The notes under the pieces: model-generated
Databases searched by the model: none
Told to the model about the DNA's origin: nothing
Seen by the model: only the letters and a program-made list of their open reading frames with translations
Position numbers and translations under genes: made by a program
Shown: in pieces, positions 30,580 through 39,950 of the stretch
Layout of the letters: the number at the start of each line of letters is the position of its first letter
Position numbering within the stretch: position 1 is the first letter of the stretch
From: Fibrobacterales bacterium
GTDB lineage: Bacteria > Fibrobacterota > Fibrobacteria > Fibrobacterales > JAOPTW01
Assembly (NCBI GenBank): GCA_051532035.1
Contig: JAOPTW010000029.1
Span: forward strand, 1 to 54,550
Reading direction: 5' to 3'
Length of the DNA: 54,550 nucleotides

Positions 30580-31473
30580 CTATACTGAAAGAGTATTCAC
30601 TATAGCGCGGTAAATAGAATCAACACTTGGGTCAAAGCCCTCTTTGTCAAAAACTATCGCTTGTGTCTTATGAGGATTCCACCACCATTCATACTTATCA
30701 CGGTTTGTTCGACCGCGAGCATGGCCCTTGGTATCAGTCCAAACAAGATGGGGTGTTCCACAAAGTGAGGCGAGATGCATTGGCCCTGAAGACGGCCCTA
30801 CAACGAGCTTTGATGATGCAAAAAGGTCTAACGTTTCATCAAGAGAGACATCCCGGAAGTCATCAAATGCCAACAGTGGATCAATATCCAGTGTTGCATT
30901 GGTAAGGCCAATACATGCAATGCGATACCCTTTTTGAGAGAGTAAAACAATCAGTTTTTCCCAATTGTCTTTATCCCAATTTCGTACCGTGCCAAAGGTT
31001 CTTCCGCGTGGATGAAATACAACATCGTACTGTTTTTCAGGGTCAGGCGTTCCAAATTTTGCAAATTCCTGTTTATCTAAAGAGAGAAACCCCACGGGCT
31101 TTAATACATCTGCACTCGCAGGAATAAGATCATTGATACGCTTGAGTTCACTCGGGTTTTCTATATCATGAGCAGTGTTACACTCTGCAGTACCTCGTAT
31201 AGAATGATAGACAAATTCCGTGGCGAAGTCTCTATAGAGCCCTTCGTTACCTTGGCGACAACAGACGATCACCTTTGAATAGTCTTTACTTACTTTCCGC
31301 ACAAATCCTTGCCAATTCAGTAACTCCCAACCAAACTCACCTATCCAAGGCCCTGCAAAGAGTGTATCACTCTGTGGACCTTTTTTAAGAAACTGAGGGC
31401 GCATCCACCAACTCCAATAGTCGCGTTTTACTATCTGATAAAAATCTTGTAATGGTTTAGGAACAATAGCCAT
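30580..31473 (-). CDS. GT9 (heptosyltransferase-like) glycosyltransferase
   Basis: RNW..W..L, VVGPSSGPMHLASLCGTP; directly downstream of gmhA; ATG 31473 preferred. Confidence 0.75.
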   Translation of the reverse strand: MAIVPKPLQDFYQIVKRDYWSWWMRPQFLKKGPQSDTLFAGPWIGEFGWELLNWQGFVRKVSKDYSKVIVCCRQGNEGLYRDFATEFVYHSIRGTAECNTAHDIENPSELKRINDLIPASADVLKPVGFLSLDKQEFAKFGTPDPEKQYDVVFHPRGRTFGTVRNWDKDNWEKLIVLLSQKGYRIACIGLTNATLDIDPLLAFDDFRDVSLDETLDLFASSKLVVGPSSGPMHLASLCGTPHLVWTDTKGHARGRTNRDKYEWWWNPHKTQAIVFDKEGFDPSVDSIYRAIVNTLSV

Positions 31474-31481
31474 ACGGTATC

Positions 31482-32039
31482 TTACAGTTGCTCTTCTACT
31501 GCGCCACAAAGAATATGGCCAATAAGAATGTGACATTCTTGAATACGCGCGGTTACTTCAGAGGGTACCACTACTGATACTTCACACAAATCAACCATTG
31601 CGCCACCATCTCTCCCAGTAAGTGCTGCACAATGAGCACCACACTCTTTCGCGGCAATCAATGCTTTATTGACTCCCTCACTGTTGCCACTTGTTGATAT
31701 ACCAATTACCATATCACCAGGCCTAACCAGTGCCTGTACCTGTCGTACAAATACGGCATCATACCCATAATCATTGGCGATTGCTGTGAGCGCCGAAGTG
31801 TCTGTAGTGAGTGCAATGGCAGCAAGTGGCTTCCGCTCTTTCACAAAGCGGCCGGTAAATTCAGCTGCGATATGCTGAGCATCACTCGCCGAACCTCCAT
31901 TTCCAAAAAGGAAAATGGTGTTCCCTGATTGCACCGTTTCAACAGCTAACTGTGACAACTCTTCAATAGTGTCCACAATAGAACCAAGTGCTTCTACCAC
32001 ACTTATATGCTCTTTTAAAATATTTTGTATATCGATCAT
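31482..32039 (-). CDS. gmhA: D-sedoheptulose-7-phosphate isomerase
   Basis: GNGGSASDAQH, TAIANDY, ISTSGNS, RIQECH. Confidence 0.97.
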   Translation of the reverse strand: MIDIQNILKEHISVVEALGSIVDTIEELSQLAVETVQSGNTIFLFGNGGSASDAQHIAAEFTGRFVKERKPLAAIALTTDTSALTAIANDYGYDAVFVRQVQALVRPGDMVIGISTSGNSEGVNKALIAAKECGAHCAALTGRDGGAMVDLCEVSVVVPSEVTARIQECHILIGHILCGAVEEQL

Positions 32040-32207
32040 AATAACATCAAGATTGTCTTTAGCGGAAAATGTAGAAAATACCTACAAAAAATGGCATTTG
32101 AGGTAAAAACCACTCAGGCGAATCAAATCATCTACAGAGTTGGGGTCGAACTGCCCTAAAATAGTTACATTTTCCATCACTAAAAGCTTTTTACGAGTCC
32201 TCTTGCT

Positions 32208-33146
32208 ATGAACTATTCAATTCCTAATCGCCTTATTTTTATCTGGTTTGGAAACTCATTTCCTCTCGCCAATCAACTCGCTATTAAATCAGCCATTGAT
32301 AAGTGTAAGCCAGAAGAGACTCTTCTTATCCAAGAAGGCCTTTCAATGGAGACCGAAGGAATTGCAGAACTCGTAAATACATATGGAGTCACCCTCATGG
32401 ATGCCGACTCTTCGTGGTTTAATGACCTCCCTCCTGGCGGAGAGACTGCACTACAGCTATTCAACACCCTCACTTCACCAGCATCACGCGCAAATCTTCT
32501 TCGTATGGCGTCTCTCTACAAATTAGGTGGTATCTATTTAGACATGGACACTATTACCACTAAAAGTTTAGACCCTCTCAGAACACTTGATGGCTTTATC
32601 GGCACCGAAACAGTGGCACTCCCTGGCTCACTCTTTCACTCCAAAAACCCATTCAGATGGCTTACTGCGGGAATACGCATGGCAGCTCGAGAGTTTTGTG
32701 TACGCATCCCCTATGGGTATCAGTTATTTAAACTAATAGAACCACTCTATCACCAAGCAGTAAACAATGCCGTTATCGGCTCAGCACCCAAAAACCCTAT
32801 TTGGGTTACCGCCCTCAATACTATTGAACAGATGCCTCAAGACGAACGACTCAAACGCTTTAGATTAGGTACTCATCTCATGCAAGGCCTTACCGGCAAT
32901 CGGTCTATACCAAACATGACGGTATTTAATTTCAGACATTTTTACCCTCTCGGGCCCGAAATATCAGCCTTTTGGTTTAAGCCAGGATACGCAAAACAGA
33001 TACACAGTATGGTTCGTGATGAAACCTATCTTATACACTGGTACAACTCTGTTGAAAAACGTTTTTTGAAACAGACCATTGATAGAGCGTTTCTCGACAA
33101 TCACCAAAATACTCCCTTTTATGCTCTCGTAAAAACTTACCTCTAA
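32208..33146 (+). CDS. GT32 (DxD, OCH1-like) glycosyltransferase
   Basis: IPNRLIFIWFG, LYKLGGIYLDMD, NNAVIG, IHWY. Confidence 0.85.
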   Translation: MNYSIPNRLIFIWFGNSFPLANQLAIKSAIDKCKPEETLLIQEGLSMETEGIAELVNTYGVTLMDADSSWFNDLPPGGETALQLFNTLTSPASRANLLRMASLYKLGGIYLDMDTITTKSLDPLRTLDGFIGTETVALPGSLFHSKNPFRWLTAGIRMAAREFCVRIPYGYQLFKLIEPLYHQAVNNAVIGSAPKNPIWVTALNTIEQMPQDERLKRFRLGTHLMQGLTGNRSIPNMTVFNFRHFYPLGPEISAFWFKPGYAKQIHSMVRDETYLIHWYNSVEKRFLKQTIDRAFLDNHQNTPFYALVKTYL

Positions 33147-33226
33147 TCACTCTCTCACTCTATTGAAACAGTACCCATAGGGTATTTTTGTATATTTCCC
33201 CTAACACTCGTTCTAGGAATATTTTA

Positions 33227-35785
33227 ATGGCTTCAAAAATTGACACGTTTGCCCTACGCTATATTGCATTTGCAGAGAGGTTTCGCTATCTCATTATTTC
33301 TATTGCAATTATTCTCTTCGTCGCAACTGGTTACTACACCTTCAATAACTTAAAGGTAAACAATGACCTCTCGGTATTGCTTCCCCAAGACACCCCTTCT
33401 GTACTAGCCCTCAATGAATCAAATGAACGCTTTGGAAGCTCTGATAAATTTATCATTGTAATCCAAAACGAAGACCCTCAATATGTTGCAACACTTCAAG
33501 AAAAAGTAAAAGACATCATTGATGCCGAGTGGAACGACATCGCCATCAGTTCGAACTATGAACGAGACAACTCATTTTTTGTTGACCACGCACTCCTCTA
33601 TCTCCCTGTTCCTCACCTCGAGCGCATTCGAGATAACCTCGAAACAATACAGGGCCGTATGGGCCGAAAAGCTGGACCATTGATTGTTGACCTTTTGGAA
33701 GGGACCGAAGAAGCGGATGAAGAGCTTGTCTGGTTTGACGCCTCACTCCCCGACGAACTCGGCCTTCCTGACGAAGCAGCTACCGCATTTGAAGGGTACT
33801 ACAATACTGATGAGAAAAAGCGAAAGGAAGAAGCCGGGGAAGAGATTGTCCCTGACTATGACCCTAAAGCTGAGCTTCCCGCTGAACTTAAAACCTATCT
33901 CCTTGCAAAGTCTAAGGGAGAGACCGTCTTTAATGGACTCGTTCTCGTAAAACTCAACCAGCCACCAACTAATATTAACTTTACCACAGAGGTACTCGCA
34001 AAAGCAACGACCCTTATCGATTCAATGACAGTAAAATACCCTGGCATTCGCATGTCGGTTGAGGGCTCATACGAAGGACTCAAGCAAGTTAAAGAGATGA
34101 AAAGTGACGGAATAACTTCTGCGATCATTTCGATTCTCCTTATCTTTGGTCTGGTCATCTTCTTTTTCAGAAGCTTTCTCTCGGCCCTCCTCCTCCTTGC
34201 ACAAGTCTCTTTTGCCTCAGGCATCATGCTCTTTTTTACGACCATTGTCTATGGAGAACTCAACAACTATACTCTTTTTGTTGCAGCAATCATCCTCGGC
34301 ATGGGTATTGATTTTTCTATCCACGTAATGGGTAATGTTCAACGCTTTCAAAATAACCACCCTACTCTTAATGCGGCTCTTGCCAATACTATTTCACACT
34401 TACTTTACCCAATGTTTCTTGCGGCACTCACTACCATTGCAGGAATGCTTACACTCCTCATCGCTGAGTTTAATGGCTTTTATGAATTTGGCGTCATTAC
34501 TGCAACGGGGATTGCCCTAAGCTTTATCACTGCAATTTTAGGCCTCCCAGTACTTGTCTTGGCTTTTGGTGGCCTTAACAAACGGAAGCCAACATCGTTT
34601 TTCCCCAATCACTGGGGAGATTCTCAGGTCGCAGCCTTTATGAAAAAAGCTGCAATCACTGTCCTAATCATGACCGCGATCCTTGCCATCTTTATACCCT
34701 ATGCAGAGTTTGAAAACGACTTCCGGAACTTACGACCAAAAAAGAGTAAAACGAAGGTAGAAGAAAATAAGCCACGATTTCGCTATGGTGACGCCATGTC
34801 TTCAAAGCGAAAATCTTCTCAACCTGCCGCCGTACTAGGTGACTCTCGAGAAGACCTCGATAGACTCTACGATACACTCATGGTTCGAAAGAATATCACC
34901 AAAGACCCCTATCTTAAAAGCTTCCTCACCCTAAAAACCTTTGTCCCTGAAGAAGATGAACAAGAAGAACGAATGGAGATGGTCGAAGAAATAGCAGAAC
35001 TCATCAACGCCCGTGCCTTTAGTAAAGTGACCGGAGAAGATTCTGCGATGGTTGTGAAACTGAGAGGCATGGTTGACGTCGCCCCTTTTACTGCAAAAAA
35101 TATCCCTGAATGGGCCATTGACGCCCTTAAAGAGAAGGATGGCTCAATTGGATCAATCGGTTTTATCTATGGCAAATACAATAGCTGGGATGCAAACGAC
35201 ATGAAAGCATTCCAAGATAAATATGCCCACTGGAATTTTGGCAATAAAGACCTCAGAGTCTTCTCCTCGGCCTTTATTACTGCTGATGTTATTGAGGCAG
35301 TGAAAAGTGACAGTTTCAAAATGGCCATCTTTATCAGCATTGTTATTCTACTAACACTGAGTCTATCACTTCGCAATACCACAATGGTCGTCATTAGCTT
35401 TTGTTCCCTTGGCCTTGGCGCACTATGGACTATGGGTCTTATGGGCCTCGCCACTAGTGCCATTGACCTCGGTAAAGTGTGTATATTTAATGTGATTGTT
35501 ATCCCCACAGCCTTGGGTGTGGGGATCGATTCTACGATACATCTCTTGATAGCATTTGTGAAACATCGAGAAGAAGGCATTAAAAACATCATGGACACAA
35601 CCGGTAAGATGGTGGTCGCATCATCACTCACTACCATTGCCGGCTTTGTGGGTGTGCTTTTTATCAACCATAGGGGTATGCGTACTATTGGTGAACTTGC
35701 TGTAATTGGTATTATTGCAGCACTTATTACCTCACTCTGTATTACCCCCTATCTTTCACATAAGTTTTTGGGTAAAAAGAACTAG
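33227..35785 (+). CDS. MMPL/RND (HpnN-like) lipid exporter
   Basis: 1+5 TM duplicated topology, GMGIDFSIH and GVGIDSTIH, LTTIAG twice; ATG 33227 preferred. Confidence 0.9.
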   Translation: MASKIDTFALRYIAFAERFRYLIISIAIILFVATGYYTFNNLKVNNDLSVLLPQDTPSVLALNESNERFGSSDKFIIVIQNEDPQYVATLQEKVKDIIDAEWNDIAISSNYERDNSFFVDHALLYLPVPHLERIRDNLETIQGRMGRKAGPLIVDLLEGTEEADEELVWFDASLPDELGLPDEAATAFEGYYNTDEKKRKEEAGEEIVPDYDPKAELPAELKTYLLAKSKGETVFNGLVLVKLNQPPTNINFTTEVLAKATTLIDSMTVKYPGIRMSVEGSYEGLKQVKEMKSDGITSAIISILLIFGLVIFFFRSFLSALLLLAQVSFASGIMLFFTTIVYGELNNYTLFVAAIILGMGIDFSIHVMGNVQRFQNNHPTLNAALANTISHLLYPMFLAALTTIAGMLTLLIAEFNGFYEFGVITATGIALSFITAILGLPVLVLAFGGLNKRKPTSFFPNHWGDSQVAAFMKKAAITVLIMTAILAIFIPYAEFENDFRNLRPKKSKTKVEENKPRFRYGDAMSSKRKSSQPAAVLGDSREDLDRLYDTLMVRKNITKDPYLKSFLTLKTFVPEEDEQEERMEMVEEIAELINARAFSKVTGEDSAMVVKLRGMVDVAPFTAKNIPEWAIDALKEKDGSIGSIGFIYGKYNSWDANDMKAFQDKYAHWNFGNKDLRVFSSAFITADVIEAVKSDSFKMAIFISIVILLTLSLSLRNTTMVVISFCSLGLGALWTMGLMGLATSAIDLGKVCIFNVIVIPTALGVGIDSTIHLLIAFVKHREEGIKNIMDTTGKMVVASSLTTIAGFVGVLFINHRGMRTIGELAVIGIIAALITSLCITPYLSHKFLGKKN

Positions 35786-35807
35786 AGAATTGTTCTGAAT
35801 ATATTCT

Positions 35808-35834
35808 ATGATGAGAGTAGGCTACTCTCTTCAT
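35808..35834. terminator. hairpin between convergent genes
   Basis: ATGAtGAGAGTAG-g-CTACTCTCtTCAT. Confidence 0.5.
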
Positions 35835-35843
35835 GGATAGCTT

Positions 35844-36398
35844 TTATACGCTAATCAAGAGACAGATAAACACCATCAACCATTGCAATACCCAAGTTGT
35901 GGTGTCTGATTTTAATGCTTCAAAAAATGTTCTTTCCGGTACCCCTTCTGAAAATCTAGAAACACCAGCAAAATAGCGCGGTGTTTCACGGGCCCACTCA
36001 TAATACATTTTTGCAAACTTTTCTTTTAAAAATTTCTCTTCTATAGAAACGAGCGTAGTATAGTGCCAGACATAGAGGAGGAAAATCACAATCACACCTA
36101 TTCCCCAGATATTGAGTAAGAGAATTAATCCTAAGCCGAAAAGGATATTTGAAACATAGAGCGGGTTACGAGAGATTGAATAAGGCCCATACTTTTGTAA
36201 CTGCGGCGCCTGTAAATCTGGCCCTCTACTATGCCCCCCAATGTAGGTACGAGACCAATTACGAATAAATTGAGAAATCATAATCACACCCAATGCATAA
36301 GTATTGAGTTTATTATCAATATTCGCACCAATGTACCCTAATGAGAGTAACAAGAGAAGCGGCGGAAGTCCACGAAGTCTATAATAAAGGTTTTTCAT
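35844..36398 (-). CDS. ICMT/PEMT-family membrane methyltransferase
   Basis: GPYSISRNPLY, EEKFL, Y...TPRY. Confidence 0.85.
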   Translation of the reverse strand: MKNLYYRLRGLPPLLLLLSLGYIGANIDNKLNTYALGVIMISQFIRNWSRTYIGGHSRGPDLQAPQLQKYGPYSISRNPLYVSNILFGLGLILLLNIWGIGVIVIFLLYVWHYTTLVSIEEKFLKEKFAKMYYEWARETPRYFAGVSRFSEGVPERTFFEALKSDTTTWVLQWLMVFICLLISV

Positions 36399-38019
36399 TC
36401 AAATCAATCCGATAACAGTCCGTTAACCGGTCAAGGGGTTCATGAGATACGATAATAATAGCTTTTTTATGAGCAGTACAAAAATTTATCAGCACTGAAA
36501 GCAGGTTTAGTCGCTCACTGGCAGGGAGATATGACGTTGGTTCATCCAAAAGGAGCAATTGAGCATTAGAAAAAGCCACAATCCCTAAAGCCAATCGTTG
36601 ACGTTGCCCTCCAGAAAGTTCAAAACCAAGGCCATCAAGCTCCCTCACGCCTCTGTCACCTAGTTTTTTTACTATTGACTCTATTCCCAAAGCAGCATAG
36701 AGCTCTCTATCTTGCTGACACGTCAATTCAAACGAATAAGTACTCAGAGGTAGAAATGGTATCATCGGGTCTTGATCTAAATACCCTATCATGTTAGAAG
36801 GGACCGGGAGTCGACATACACCAGTAACAGGGTATTCGAGCCCTGAGCATAGTTTCAGCAGTGTTGATTTGCCCGTCCCATTGTCTCCTGACACCAACAC
36901 TGGAGTAGCAAGTGGAATGGTTACGTTTATACCACTAAAGAGCGGCTCTGTTTGATAAGAGAACCATACATCGCTCATAACAATGTGAGAGTCAGATAGT
37001 TCAGAAGGAGTCACCTCTTGCTCTTGACTCAGGAGCGTTCGGACACGACCCCAAGTAATTTGAGCATCTTTATAGAGAGGCACAAGTCGTGCAAATTCTT
37101 TTACGGGTTTATAGAGCAAAAAAAGACAGGCAAGGTAGAGTATCACATCACTCGGCGTAATAGAACCCGCGAGTATAAACCACCCCACCACTGAGAATAC
37201 AAACACCGTCCCAACATTTGCTACAAATTCAGAACCTCCATAAATCACACTCTTCTTCTGGATGACTACGGTATCTTTGTGCGCCATTTCACCAACCATA
37301 CCATGCAAATGACTATTCATAGCTCTAAGAGACTTGGTATCGGTCCACCGTTGAATAAGAGTGAGGTATTGCGTAATCCTCCTATGAACCACCCCTCGAT
37401 ACTCTAGGAGCTGCGCAATCGGCTTATTAAGCACCGACAACCTCCCCTGAACAAATGCAACGAAAGGTACAGCCACAAACAGGATGATTGCCGTAAGCTC
37501 CCATGAGAGCCACACTAGAAGGGGTACAAAAAGGGCAAGCTGTATCAATGCGTGCATTCCATAAAAGACTGCTTCAGTTCCTTTCTCTAATATGCGAAAA
37601 TCAGCAGTGAAATGAAATGCCTCCTCATCACTTGTATGGGTGCGCATGTACCGGTTTCCCAACCTTGAGTAACAGAGAAGCAATTGCTGTTGAAAGTACT
37701 TTTCGAACACAATAAAGAACTTTCCAGAACGCACCATTTTTAAGTAGGAAACTGCAAGTTTAATAAGAGCAACGAGAGCCATGATCCAGATCCAGTGAAC
37801 AAAATCAGCAGGAGTAGAGGTTATCCCCCAAAAAAGGTCTATGGACTCGCCGGTAACCATCCCAGAAAAGAGACGAATACCACCAAGAAGAGCGGCATCG
37901 AGTAAGGCGGCAAGAAGGGTCAGAATCAAAATAACCACAACCGAACGAACTCTAAAACCCACTAATGATCGAGCAAAAGCAGAATGTATCTCTTTTTTAA
38001 GGTTTAATTGAGCACTCAT
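36379..38019 (-). CDS. ABC exporter, TMD+NBD fusion (MsbA-like)
   Basis: N-terminal TM bundle; GDNGTGKS, LSGGQ, LLLLDEP, VSH. Confidence 0.85.
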   Translation of the reverse strand: MSAQLNLKKEIHSAFARSLVGFRVRSVVVILILTLLAALLDAALLGGIRLFSGMVTGESIDLFWGITSTPADFVHWIWIMALVALIKLAVSYLKMVRSGKFFIVFEKYFQQQLLLCYSRLGNRYMRTHTSDEEAFHFTADFRILEKGTEAVFYGMHALIQLALFVPLLVWLSWELTAIILFVAVPFVAFVQGRLSVLNKPIAQLLEYRGVVHRRITQYLTLIQRWTDTKSLRAMNSHLHGMVGEMAHKDTVVIQKKSVIYGGSEFVANVGTVFVFSVVGWFILAGSITPSDVILYLACLFLLYKPVKEFARLVPLYKDAQITWGRVRTLLSQEQEVTPSELSDSHIVMSDVWFSYQTEPLFSGINVTIPLATPVLVSGDNGTGKSTLLKLCSGLEYPVTGVCRLPVPSNMIGYLDQDPMIPFLPLSTYSFELTCQQDRELYAALGIESIVKKLGDRGVRELDGLGFELSGGQRQRLALGIVAFSNAQLLLLDEPTSYLPASERLNLLSVLINFCTAHKKAIIIVSHEPLDRLTDCYRIDLNEKPLL

Positions 38020-38101
38020 CTGGTCAAATGTAGCTATTTGACTCCTTACGAACCATATTTCATATTTTTTATCATTTTTTCACTTTTTTTGACCCATTCT
38101 C

Positions 38102-38130
38102 TTTACACCAAATTTAGAAATACTTATCTT
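38102..38130 (+). promoter_or_regulatory. sigma70-type promoter for tRNA
   Basis: TTTACA-17 bp-TATCTT upstream of the tRNA. Confidence 0.5.
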
Positions 38131-38158
38131 TAGCCTCGTTCTGAGAGGAACACCCTAA

Positions 38159-38231
38159 GCTCCCATCGTCTAGAGGCCTAGGACTCATGGTTTTCATCCA
38201 TGCAACAGGAGTTCAAATCTCCTTGGGAGTA
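38159..38231 (+). tRNA. tRNA-Glu(TTC), CCA not encoded
   Basis: Acceptor GCTCCCA/TGGGAGT; anticodon arm CATGG-TT TTC AT-CCATG; T arm AGGAG-TTCAAAT-CTCCT. Confidence 0.97.
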
Positions 38232-38234
38232 TTG

Positions 38235-38270
38235 AAAAGGATCTTAGCCTTATGGCTAAGATCCTTTTTT
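38235..38270 (+). terminator. tRNA terminator
   Basis: AAAAGGATCTTAGCC-ttat-GGCTAAGATCCTTTTTT. Confidence 0.85.
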
Positions 38271-38413
38271 CGTTTATACTGATATTTTCATCCTGGGTCG
38301 TCCACTGATCCCCCTCCGAGTAAGAAGCCGAGCGTTCATCACTCAACCAATAGGACATCCCAAGCCATCAGACAAGGCGAAGAGTTGCACTGAACAGAGA
38401 TCTCTTTTGGAAT

Positions 38414-38445
38414 AAAAAAAGGAGCCCCATATAATGAGGCCCCTT
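38414..38445 (-). terminator. terminator of the oxoamine synthase gene
   Basis: Minus strand AAGGGGCCTCA-ttata-TGGGGCTCCTT (two G-U pairs) followed by a U-run. Confidence 0.75.
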
Positions 38446-38480
38446 AATTGCTAGTAAGGGAAACTTACTGTTAGCAGAAT

Positions 38481-39797
38481 TTATGACGCCACTTTTGTGT
38501 AGTCAAAATTAAAGTCCTTAGAAGTAGAAAGCACACCATTCTTTTTACAAATTTCTATGAGCTTATCAATCGTATAGTCTATCTGTTCATAAGAATGTTC
38601 CGCATTTAGAATAAACCGCATTCTCCCTTCATTTCTCCCTACAGCAGGAAAAGTAACTGCCACAGTAAAAATACCTTGCTTAAACAACTCATGATTTACA
38701 TCATGTAATGCTTCAATATTTTCAATATATACTGGCACTACAGGACTTTCACTCACCCCTAAATCAAACCCAGCTTCATTTAATCTCCCTCGAAAATACT
38801 TATTCTTCTCATGTAACCTTTCCAACATTTCCGGATGCTCTGCTATTTCATCAAGAGAGGCTAAGATCGCTGCCGCATCAGCAGGAGTCAATGAAGCTTG
38901 GAACAGATACGAACGAGCAGACACGGTCAACAGCGTTCCATACTTTTTCTCAGCAGCCAAGAATCCCCCTATAGAAGCTGTCGCCTTTGACAATGTAGAC
39001 ATGATAAAATCAACATCATCTACAACACCTAAATGACTACAATACCCTGCTCCCTTTTCTCCATATATACCGAACGTATGAGCTTCATCTACATAGAGTA
39101 AAAATTTATACTTTTCTCGCAGAGCAATAATCTCTTTTATCGGGGCCAAATCACCACTCATAGAATATGCCGACTCAACTATGACAAATATATTTTGAAA
39201 CTTTTCCTGATAACGAGAAATTTTCTTCTCTAAGTCAGCGATATCATTATGCTTAAACGGGAGCATCTTAGCTGGCGACAGTTGACAGCCATCAATGATA
39301 CTCGCATGAGACTCTCTATCAAACAAAATAAGATCTTTGTCACTGGTTAATGAAGATATAGCTCCTGAATTTGCCGTAAAGCCAGTAGGAAATAATGTCA
39401 CATCCTTTCCTATAAGTCCTTTTATCCTATTTTGAATTTCAATATGTAATGATGAAAAACCACCAGACATAGCTGATGTGCCACACCCTGTCCCAAATTC
39501 ATCTAAGGCCTTCTTTGCCTTTTCAATAACATTCTTATTTCTATTGAGCCCAAGATAATGGTTTAAGCTCCACATAATACACTCTTGCTCTCCGGCAACA
39601 TCACAAACTGTTGCACTGGTTGCTGACCCTTGCTTAGAGTACCTATTGTAGGAGTATACCCCCTCAGCTATTTGTAAGTCCGCTAATTGCTGAACATATT
39701 CTGCAACTTCTGATACATCTGTAACGCCCATCGAGTTTAAATATTTTCTTAAATACCCAATTTGCATATCACTTGTTAATTCGATTTTATTTGACAC
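38481..39797 (-). CDS. PLP-dependent alpha-oxoamine synthase (BioF/SPT/CqsA family)
   Basis: SLNHYLGL, FPTGFTAN, DRESHASIIDG, FKHND, ESAYSMSGD, DEAH, PLP Lys in STLSKA; GTG 39797 after GAGGGGG preferred, ATG 39812 possible. Confidence 0.9.
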   Translation of the reverse strand: MSNKIELTSDMQIGYLRKYLNSMGVTDVSEVAEYVQQLADLQIAEGVYSYNRYSKQGSATSATVCDVAGEQECIMWSLNHYLGLNRNKNVIEKAKKALDEFGTGCGTSAMSGGFSSLHIEIQNRIKGLIGKDVTLFPTGFTANSGAISSLTSDKDLILFDRESHASIIDGCQLSPAKMLPFKHNDIADLEKKISRYQEKFQNIFVIVESAYSMSGDLAPIKEIIALREKYKFLLYVDEAHTFGIYGEKGAGYCSHLGVVDDVDFIMSTLSKATASIGGFLAAEKKYGTLLTVSARSYLFQASLTPADAAAILASLDEIAEHPEMLERLHEKNKYFRGRLNEAGFDLGVSESPVVPVYIENIEALHDVNHELFKQGIFTVAVTFPAVGRNEGRMRFILNAEHSYEQIDYTIDKLIEICKKNGVLSTSKDFNFDYTKVAS

Positions 39798-39950
39798 TAC
39801 GCCCCCTCTCATTTTTTCTGCTAATAGTATTTATCGTGTGAGCAATAATATATCGCATAAAAAAAAGAGAGCAACAATTAAAAAACAATTGTATCGATAT
39901 TTTAGTATTTTAAAATTATTGAGTCATAAATATTTACCTAATAGTCCATT

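Noticed and set aside
38449..38476. integron attC site after the synthase
   Set aside because: Hairpin present, but no RYYYAAC/GTTRRRY pair and no integrase
38481..39812. firm call as spt or bioF
   Set aside because: Family motifs are present but the substrate loop differs and pathway partners are absent; left at family level
39837..39857. CRP box upstream of the oxoamine synthase
   Set aside because: Half-sites TGTGA and TCGCA are 11 bp apart rather than 6, so direct CRP control of the synthase is unsupported
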